The notes below the pieces were generated by a model. It ran no database searches. It saw only the letters and a program-made list of their open reading frames with translations, and was not told the DNA's origin. 64,000 nt of DNA, from contig NC_069000.1 in NCBI RefSeq assembly GCF_001194135.2, forward strand, positions 41,680,758 through 41,744,757, read 5' to 3'. Origin of the DNA: Octopus bimaculoides. Taxonomy: Eukaryota. The position numbers and the translations under genes were made by a program. This document shows positions 54,257 through 64,000 of the stretch, one piece after another; position 1 is the stretch's first letter; every line of letters starts with the position of its first letter.

Positions 54257-54602
54257 TTGTTTGTGTGTGTCTGTGTTTGGTCCCACCACCACTTAATGAC
54301 CGGTGTTGGCTTGTTCATGTTCTCGATAGAAAAGATACCACACTGGAAGAAAAAAAAAAAAAAGAAAAGAAAGCACTAAGGTTGATTTGTTCGACTACAA
54401 ATTCTTTTAAGGTTGCGGCCCCAGAATGGCCTTCGCTCAAGTGAAAGATAAAAGCGAAAGGAACTGATAGTCTGACAAGGATATTTGCAAGAAGCAGTGG
54501 TGTTAAACTCTTTCGATATAGTAAACCGTTCACACAAAGATTGCATCTAGCTATAGGAATCCTTTAATAACTTGCTTGTGGGCATTACACAGCATATGTG
54601 AC

Positions 54603-54767
54603 CAGAGCCAGCCCTGGGGTTGCCGGTGCCTCAGGCAAGCTGAACTTCGGCGTATACAAGCGGACGGTGGTGGAAATTTCCTTGTCTGATTCACGCTCTC
54701 CTTGGCGCTCCCTAGCACAGACGCCCTGGGTGACTGCCCAAGTTGCCCGTACCTTAAGCCGGTCCTG
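54603..54767. mobile_element. hAT MITE (CAGGGCCGG-type termini)
   Basis: Ends CAGAGCCAGC and GCCGGTCCTG. 8-bp TSD TATGTGAC at 54595-54602 and 54768-54775. Confidence 0.88.
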
Positions 54768-55584
54768 TATGTGACTGTAATATAAGGTCAGATGAGGGCG
54801 GTAAGCTGGTAGAATTGTTAGCATGCCACGCAAAATGCTTAGTGGTATTTTGTCTGTCTTTATATTATGAGTTCAAATTCCACTGAGGTCGACTATGCCT
54901 TTCATCCCTTTCAGGGCCGATAAGATAAATACCAGTTGAGCACCGGGGTCAATGTAATCGTTTTAACCCCTCTTCTTTACCTTTAATCTTTACACTACAT
55001 ATAGACTCTTCGTGGCTAACATCGAACAACAAAATAACAATCGATTACTGTTAACCACGGAATTAGATAGTGAATGAGTCTGCCACAAGGGAAATAACTC
55101 TAAATTACTGACATCTTTTGCTTGTGATAATAGAGGACATGAAAGGCGGGGGATTGTTAAGGCGTAACTACACTTTAGTGCCTCAGCACCTACCTGAAGC
55201 AACTGTTATTATACTTTTTAGCAGGATTCCCAAGCATATCCGCTTGAGGTTCTGGGGATTGTTCAACTATCTCATTCTTCGTCTACCGCTAAGTCTCCTG
55301 ATGGTTGGTTCTGGCTGATAATGCGTGTTTTTAAAACAAAATTTGTCATAAACACGTTTTTGATGGTGTAGTTTACGAAAGGCTGAATGACATTTAAAAA
55401 AAATTAATTATATAAAGGAGGCTTAGATACAGCTGTGTGGTAAGAGGCTTGCTTCCCAACCATATGGTTCTAGGTTCAGTTCCTCTGTATGGTACTGTGG
55501 GCAAGAGTCTTCTACTATAGCCTCGAGTCAACAAATATATATATATATGAGTGGATTTGGTAGACAAAAACTGAAAGAATCCAG

Positions 55585-55617
<33 letters not shown>

Positions 55618-57194
55618 TTGTGTATGTAGATGTCTTTTTGTCTCTGTTTCCCATCACTGCTTAACAACCGGTGTTAGTGTGTTTATGTTCCTGTAATTTT
55701 GCTGCTCAGCAAAAGCGACCAATAGAATAAGTATCAGATTTAAGAGAAAAATTAGTGCTTGGTTCATTTGACTAAAAATTCTTTCAGATGATGCTACAGC
55801 ATGGTCGCTGACAAATGAGCGAAACAAGTAAAGTCAACTTTGCCTTTCATCCGTTCAGGGTCAATAAATTAAGTACCAGTTGCGTACTGGGGTTGATCTA
55901 ATCCACTGGCCCCCTCCCCAAAAATTTCGGACCTTTTGCCTAGAGTAGAAAAGAAAAATAATGCTACATACAGCCCAGTCCAGGAATTGAACTCCCTACC
56001 TCACGATTGTGAGCCTGACATCCTGACTGCTGAGCCATTACTTTCACACGTGCGTGCTCACACATACACACACGTACACGTGCACACACACATACATCAC
56101 CCCCCCCCCCNNNNNNNNNNCCCCACACACACACAGACACACACATATAATGAAGTAAAATAGTGGATTGAATAAATCCAGGCACATACCTCACTAACAC
56201 CCCTTCCCTCTACCTATGACTATTCATAACATTCCTCCTTCCCCCTCTCCTTTCACAATATCATGAACCTACCCACCCACTCACCCTATCCAGTCCCTGG
56301 CCTACTTCACAATATACACCTCCCAGTAACTTGGGTGTATGCCCTGTCATACCTTCATCATTTTATCTCCCTCCTTTCTCTCTCCTCTCTCTCTCTCCCC
56401 TACAGAGGTAGCCATGTACCTCCTTTATAGCAAGACCCCTATCTCTGCCTCTCTATTCATACTCCGACCCTTCATCTTTCGCACAAAGCCACCATCCTCA
56501 GTACTACTCCCTCTCACAATAGAAGGGTCTTACATTGTAGATTATTTGGTGACCCCACTGGCGCTGGTGCAACATAAAAAAAGAAGCATCCAATGAACTT
56601 TGTAAAGTGGTTGGCATTAAGAAGGGCCATTCAGCTGCAGAAACCATTCCAAACAGACAGTAGGGCTTGGTGCAGTCATCTGCCTTGCCCAGCTCCTGTC
56701 AAACTGACTGATTGATGCCAGGATGTTTTTGTATCTTGTTTACAAGATTCCTTATGTGAATTTGTGTGCCATTTTGGTCATTGTTCTAATGACTGTGCCA
56801 CTTCACCACCACAGCTAAAAGTTTTCTTCTTAGACTACTAAAAGACATGACTGGCCCTCTGTCACTTACGATGGTGAGGGTTCCAGTTGATTTGAACACT
56901 TGAACAGTCTGCTTGTAAAATTAACATGCAAGTGGCTGAGTACTCCACAGACACACATACCCTTAACCATTTAGCATTTAACCCAGCCATATCTACCCAA
57001 ATTATTATGTTTGTTTTATGTTAAATCCAGCCAGATCTGCCCTCTCACACCAACCCTACTATGTCATTCCAAAAGTAACTAGTTACATCATCCAAATCTC
57101 AAAGCTACAAGATAATGCAGGATCAATTTAAAACAATGTGAATAAATGAGGATTAGATTTGATTGAACAATCTGTATATGAAAGAGATTAACAT

Positions 57195-57582
57195 AGGCGC
57201 AGGAGTGGCTGTGTGGTAAGTAGCTTGCTTACGAACCACATGGTTCCGGGCTCAGTCCCACAGTGTGGCACTTTGGGCAAGTGTCTTCTACTATAGCTTT
57301 TGGCTGTCCAAAGCCTAGTGAGTAGATTTGGTAGATGGAAACTGAAAGAAGCCCGTCGTATATATGTGTGTGTGTGCAAATGTATGTCTGTGTGTCTGTT
57401 CGACCATCCCCACCATCACTTGACAACCGATGTTTGTGCACTTACAGCTCTGTGACTTAGCAGTTTGGCAAAAGAGGCCAATAGAATAAGTACTAGGCTT
57501 ACAAAGAATAAGTCCCGGGGTCAATTTGTTCGACTAAAGGTGGTGCTCCAGCATGGCTGCAGCCAAATGACTGAAACAAACA
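57195..57582 (+). mobile_element. tRNA-type SINE (family B, representative copy)
   Basis: Head GGAGTGGCTGTGTGGTAAG..GGCTCAGTCCC, CTTTGGGCAAGTG core, internal (TA/TG)n, tail ACTGAAACAA. Other copies near 17025-17410, 25722-26045, 27310-27720, 28706-29063, 44570-44965 and 58464-58865. Confidence 0.85.
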
Positions 57583-58357
57583 GAAGAAATAGTTCTCAGG
57601 GAGATTCAATGTCACAGAGAATTGTGAGAAGGCTGGCCCTTTGAAGTTTTGCCAGCTGGGTGGACTGGAGCAATGTGAAATAAAGTGAGTCGCTCAAGAA
57701 CACAATCTGCTGATGGGTATTGAACTCATGAACTTACAATCATGAACTGAATACTCCTTACTACTTGGCCACACGCCTTCTTGACCAAAAGACATATGAA
57801 AGGAAAGAAGGAAGAAAGAAAGCAAGAAATTAAGAAAGAGAAATTAGTTTTGAAGGAATCCCTTTCCTCCAAGGAAGAATGGCAAAATGTTTTTACTTAC
57901 TGGTACCAAGAATTGTTCCTTGTTATGAAAATAGACACCAGGTATGTCACATCTTCTTTGTCTGGATATATCTTAATCCCATCAAAAATGTTTGCTGTGC
58001 TCAAAGAATATACGTGAATGAGTGAATATGTTTGGCGGAGTGGTTATGTGGAAGTGAGGTGGGTTAGGGGAGGTCTGTTGGGTTTTGGGTATTCTTTGTG
58101 TGTTTTAGGAAAATTAATTGAAATTATTGGTGTATTTTGTACTAGTATTAATAGCTGTGGTGGTGGTGGTGGTGGTGGTGGTAGCAGTGGTGGTAGGTGA
58201 GTGCTAGCAATAATGGTGGTGGTGGTGGTGGTGGTGATAGTGTGAAAATATTTTCTTTTTGTTTAATGCAAATTCTAAAAACAAAAGTCCATTTCTGTGT
58301 GTGTTTGTGTGTGTATTGTCTCTGTGCATGTGTATTATACTGGTGAGTACGGTTGTG

Positions 58358-58411
<54 letters not shown>

Positions 58412-58422
58412 AATTGTATACA

Positions 58423-58466
<44 letters not shown>

Positions 58467-59444
58467 CTGTGTGGTAAGAAGCTTGCTTATCAAACACATG
58501 GTTCCAGGTTCAGTTCCACTATGTGGCATCTTGGGCAAGTGTCTTCTACTATAGCCTCAGGCTGACCAAAGCCTTGTGAGTAGATTTGGTAAACGGAAAC
58601 TGAAAGAAGCCTATCATATATGTATGTATGCATGTATGTATGTATGTATGCATTGTGTATGTATGTATTGGTGTGTCTGTGTTTGTCCCCCCCACTATCG
58701 CTCGACAACCGATGTTGGTATGTTTACGTTCCCATAACTTAGCGGTCCGGCAAACCGTTAGGCTAAGTACTAGGCTTACAAAGAATATAAGTCCTGGGGT
58801 TAAGTTGGTCGACTAAAGGCGGTGCTCCAGCATGACTGCAGTCAAATGACTGAAACAAGTAAAATAATATATATATGTGTNNNNNNNNNNTATATATATA
58901 TATATGCATACATAAATACAGAGTATTTGTTTACATGCAAAAGAAAATGTACTCAAAACATGATAAAAAGTTTATATTTATTAAGATTCAATTAGTGATC
59001 CATACATGCATATTTATGCTGCATATAATCTTACAATTTGAAGGTAAATGATATATACATATATATATATATATGTATGTATGTATGTATGTATATAAAA
59101 CTGTATGTGTATATCTATATATGTATACACACACACATACACACACACATATATATAAAACGAAGTAAGATAGGGGGTTACCACATGAGTAAAAATATAA
59201 GGAAAAGAATCTGAAAATCCAGGAGTCTTTTAAGACTCCTGGATTTTCACCAGATTCTTTTCCTTATAAATAAGTAAATGTATGTATGTATGTGCATATA
59301 TACATATTTAATATATGCACATATATAATATACAGGGTAGTGCAAAAGTAGGTGTTAGAGTTATGAAAAAAGAAAAGATGTGGTTAAGAGCATGGGCTAC
59401 TAACCCCATGATTCCGAGTTCAATTCCAGGCAGTGACCTGAATA

Positions 59445-59488
<44 letters not shown>

Positions 59489-59736
59489 AGGCACGTGGCT
59501 TAGTGGTTAGGGTGTGTCAGCACCATGGTCGTAAGATTGTGGTTTTGATTCCTGGATCGGGCGACGTGTTGTGTCCTTGAGCAAAACACTTCATTTCACG
59601 TTGCTCCAGTCCACTCAGCTCGCAAAAATGAGTAACACTGCAATGGACTAGCATCCCGTCCAGTTGGGGAACACATATGCCATTAAAACCGGGAAACCAG
59701 GCCCATGAGCCTGGCTAGGCTTTAAAAGGCCGCATT

Positions 59737-59768
<32 letters not shown>

Positions 59769-60244
59769 ATATAATACACACATACACACACATATATATA
59801 CTTTATTTTCCTTCTTTAGCTACACAAAATCATTGAGCTAATCCTATCTAGCAGAAATATTTTTATACAGAATACAATATACAGATACAAGAAAGCTGTT
59901 GCCTTGGAGACAAACATTTCAGTAACCAGTATGAGAACCAGTTAAAGATTTGGAAGAAACAACTTCCTAAATGGTTTTTCTGAATCAAAAGAAATTGGTC
60001 TTGTCTTTAAGTCATGTTTAAATATAGTGCACTAGGTACAAAACTATTATGAAGAAAGAAGAGCGAGAGAAATAAAATGAAAGTATTTCCTATGAACTTG
60101 GCACCATACCATGGTGGACATTGCCAAAAATGCTTATTATCCAAATAGGTAACAGAAATTAATTCAATAGCCATTGACAGCCTCTTGGACAAAAAAAACC
60201 TGCCACATGGAATATGTGACAAATCAGCATTATTGTTGTTGTTG

Positions 60245-60293
<49 letters not shown>

Positions 60294-60310
60294 CATTATT
60301 ATTATTATTA

Positions 60311-60523
60311 AGGCGGTGAACTGGTAGAAACGTTAGCATGTCGGGCAAAAAGCTTAGCAGTATTTCTTCTGTCTTTACATTCTGAGTTCAAATTCTGCCG
60401 AGGTTGACTTTGCCTTTCATCCTTTCGGGGTCGATTAAATAAGTACCAGTTACACACTGGAGTCAATGTAATAGACTTAATCTCATCCCCCAAACTTGAA
60501 GCCTTGTGCTTCCAGTTGAAAGG

Positions 60524-60582
<59 letters not shown>

Positions 60583-60846
60583 TATTATTATTATTATTAT
60601 TATTATTGTTATTAAGGCGGTGAGCTGGCAGAATCGTTAGCACCCCGGGCGAAATGCTTCACAACATTTCATTTGTCTTTACGTTCTGAGTTCAAATTCT
60701 GCTGAGGTTAACTTTACCTTTCATCCTTTCGGGGTTGATAAATTAAGTACCAGTTGCGTACTGGAGTTGATCTAATCGACTGGCCCTCGCCTTCCACAAA
60801 AATTTTAGGCCTTATGCTTACAGCAGAAAAGATTATTATTACATCA

Positions 60847-60886
<40 letters not shown>

Positions 60887-60990
60887 GACAGCGAGCTGGC
60901 AGAATATACCAGTTATGCACTCGGGTCGATTACATCGACTTGCACCCCTCTGCCAAAATTTCAGGCCTTGTGCCTATAGTAGAAAGGGCT
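60311..60990 (+). mobile_element. Three tandem family-A SINE copies, each preceded by (ATT)n
   Basis: AAGGCGGTGAGCTGGCAGAATCGTTAGC...GAGTTCAAATTC heads at about 60311, 60615 and 60887. Confidence 0.85.
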
Positions 60991-62289
60991 ACTACTACTA
61001 CTACTATATGTATTTTTGAATTGGAATAACGACAGATTTCTGTGCCCCCGACTTTAGATGATCATAACTTTCAGAAAAATGGGTATTTTTAATAAAATTG
61101 TCAACGAATATGTGTTATATCATGTAGATTCCGAATATACAAAATTTTAGGGGAGAAGTGTTTTAGGAGGGGTTGGGGTCAGGAATTTCGGAAATTTCAC
61201 CTGAGTCCAATTCAATTCGTCTTAACTTTCAAGAAAATAGATTTTTTTAATGAAATTTTCTACAAATATACCTCGGACTATGTAGATTCCGAGAACATAG
61301 GAATTTTGGGGGAAAACAATTCGGGGTTATTTTTGAGGACCGTTCCCCACTCGGGAGTGTTTCTGAACAAGTCGTCCATATTCGTTTCATTTTCTTCTTG
61401 TGCGTTTGTGCATCCGTAGATTTCTACTGAAGCCGCAGACAATGAAGCTGTCACCAGAAAACTCATTATGCTAGAAATACCAGCTAAAGCTCTAAACGTT
61501 TCTAACAGAAAGACATTGAATAAAATAATTCCCCGTTTGAACTTTTTTAATTACATGTTTGTGTGTGTGTGAGGACTCTGAAAATAAGCATGCTACCCCT
61601 TTGTGCATTCCCCCCCCTCTCTCCGTTTTGACAGGGATTTTTCTAATTTTATTTTTCACTCAGGCTTTCCAGGTGATGTGGTGGTCGTGAGGGACATCTT
61701 ATGAAAAATTTCTTTTGAAAATTTATTATTTATTTATTTATTTTTTTTTTCACCTCAGCCCCACGCACTTAAAAACCATGAGAAGGCGACCTTCTTTTTG
61801 TTAACCGTAAAAGTTTCTCCCATCGTTTTTAAGTGCTTACTACAAGAAAAAAAAAATTTTAATTGNNNNNNNNNNNNNNNNNNNNNNNNNNNNNNNNNNN
61901 NNNNNNNNNNNNNNNNNNNNNNNNNNNNNNNNNNNNNNNNNNNNNNNNNNNNNNNNNNNNNNNNNNNNNNNNNNNNNNNNNNNNNNNNNNNNNNNNNNNN
62001 NNNNNNNNNNNNNNNNNNNNNNNAAAAAAAAAAAAAAAATTCTGAAAAAAGTTTAAAATGAAGGAAATGGAGGTGAGTTAGTAATTTAGAAATGTCGATT
62101 TTTGCCAATTTTTTTTGCAGATTCGTATTCCCCGTAGCCGAAAATTTTTTTTAAAGGTTGGTTTGGAGGGGGACGGGCGAAAGTCTTGCTAATTTTTTTC
62201 TTTTTAACCATAAAAGCTTCTCCCATCGTTTTTAAGTGCGTACTACAGGAAAAATTACCACCCACCACCCAAATGCGCATACCGCCGAA

Positions 62290-62660
62290 ATTTCGATTTT
62301 TAATGGCGACCACGACATCAGGGTCGCCAATCATAACCGGATTGTTAATAATGTTTTCTGCTAAAACGTCTCGGCAGAAATTAGCCCAATTCACCACAGT
62401 GGACCAACTTGCAATATTAAGTTCATTCATCATTAGTGGTTCGTCAATGGATCACCAATACAGAAACTGCAGTATTATACCTAAGGCTATTAGAGAAGAA
62501 CGATCCCTTTCTAATGGCGTTTCCGACATCGCCCGAGCAGTGCACTTCTAAGTATATCCATCTCGGTGCTGCGATGATTTAACAAAGGAACAATTGCGGC
62601 TACACTCACAGACATGAAAGAGCTTGAGCTAAAAGTCCATTTCTTTTTAAGCAGTCAATT
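62290..62660 (-). pseudogene. Merlin/IS1595-like transposase N-terminal relic
   Basis: DGYT*KC..IRKGSFF and ELNIASWSTVVNWANFCRDVLAE..NPVMIGDPDVVVAI match TxVDWxNFCREV..IGGPGxxVEIDE. Confidence 0.78.
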
Positions 62661-63189
62661 AGCCCGTCATGGTCAGTGTATATTGGAGACACGTCTGATA
62701 CGTGAAATGGTGGACATTGCATGATATCCATGTCAAAATTTAAAAAATGAGAAGCTGGACAAAAGAAGATGATGGTTTCAATAAAAAAATGGAAGAAAAT
62801 AAAAGCTGGACAACAGAAGCTGATGGTTTCAATTCCAAATTGCTGCAGAATAAACTTTAAAACCGAATAAAATTATAAATAATTGACCAGTCACTCTTTG
62901 CAGAAATCCCTAAACTCCGATGTGATTATCCTAATATATACATCAGAAACAGGATTTGTATTGGAATCAATCCTTCACAAAAATATCGACCATTTACTGA
63001 TAATGGTAAATATTTTTCTAAGAACACCTGCAGTGCCATTATCCGTATTGAAGAACACTGGACAAATATAAACGATTGTCCACAGACAGATTCGTAGCAC
63101 ATCACTAAGAACCCCTGTAGTTGGGTATTGTCCACTGGCCAAACCTCACAGACCTTCAGCAAAATGATGGACAGAATATTTGTCTGTGC

Positions 63190-63560
63190 TGGGGCACACC
63201 TTCGAATGTTTTTAAAAATCCCATGAATTGCTTCCTTTCAGTATTCCCGGATAATAACCTGTCTACGGATACCTTGGAATCCATTATCCAGCAACATGTC
63301 CACCCAGGTAGCATAATTTTCACCGACGAATGGGCGACGTACCGTACTTTGCAAACTCGAAGTTTCCAACATTTAACAGTGAACCATTCTATATCATTTG
63401 TTGATGAAGCCAAAGGTGTCCACACAAATCATGAGCAAGGCATGTGGGGCGAATGCTAAGCGCAAATATCAACAAATTTATGCTACCTCTTCCAAGTTGT
63501 TCCCCATATATTTAATTAAGTTTATTTGTTGGAAAATTTCAACATCTCTTTGTTCAAATT
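63190..63560 (+). pseudogene. Merlin/IS1595-like DDE transposase C-terminal relic
   Basis: [45 protein letters not shown] is the ISXO2/IS1595 core. Confidence 0.88.
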
Positions 63561-63797
63561 GCAGAACAATACACATTTTTTAAAATCATACATAACATAC
63601 ACTAGATTTAAACATTTTTTCGCAAAACCTTTTAATTTTCATTTTGTAGAAATAGTTTAACTTAAGGCGGCGAGATGGCAGAACCGTTAGCACGCCGGGC
63701 GAAATGCTTAGCGGTATTTTGTCTGCCGCTACGTTCTGAGTTCAAATTACGCCGAGGTCGATTTTGCCTTTCATCCTTTCGGGATCGATAAATTAAG

Positions 63798-64000
63798 GTA
63801 CGAGTCTTAAATATCGGCCTTTTCCGTAAAAAGTGTCTTCGGCGATCTTTACCAAAGATCGGCCTTTTCCGTAAAAAGTGTTGGCGAGAAACAGGGAAAC
63901 GACGTCATAAAAGCGAAAGACATACAGAGAGCGCGATTTATTTTGAAGGGTTTAGGGTTTTAGGGTTTGGGTTAGGGAATTCCGTCCCTAACCCTAACCC
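63798..64000. mobile_element. Unclassified element interrupting a family-A SINE, with telomere-like repeats
   Basis: 24-bp direct repeat at 63813-63836 and 63858-63881. TTAGGG-like units followed by CCCTAA units. Truncated by the window end. Confidence 0.55.

Noticed and set aside
59380-59740. tRNA-like sequences with A and B boxes
   Set aside because: No complete cloverleaf. They are SINE heads matching other repeat copies in the window.

Overview
Eukaryotic, AT-rich, microsatellite- and SINE-saturated draft genomic DNA with many N gaps. The repeat landscape points to an octopus or other coleoid cephalopod (inference). I assembled two convergent protein-coding genes by hand, all introns GT-AG with consistent phases. 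(1) A plus-strand neutral sphingomyelinase 2 homolog (SMPD3-like): 6 coding exons, 889-15828, 519 aa. (2) A minus-strand SLC7/LAT-family amino acid transporter light chain: 9 coding exons, 52330-41559, 526 aa. The remainder is transposon debris: three or more SINE/LINE-tail families, CR1 and RTE RT fragments, mariner/Tc1, hAT, piggyBac and Harbinger-type MITEs, a MULE transposase relic and Merlin/IS1595-like transposase relics. The best leads are: (a) the SLC7 has the conserved TM1 GSG substrate-binding motif replaced by HTA, with further pocket changes; (b) minimal Penelope-type hammerhead ribozyme motifs occur, two of them inside a composite tRNA-headed SINE; (c) the nSMase lacks the Asp of the D-x4-K switch; (d) several long near-perfect hairpins lie in introns and flanks. 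No prokaryotic features such as CRISPR arrays or operons are present.
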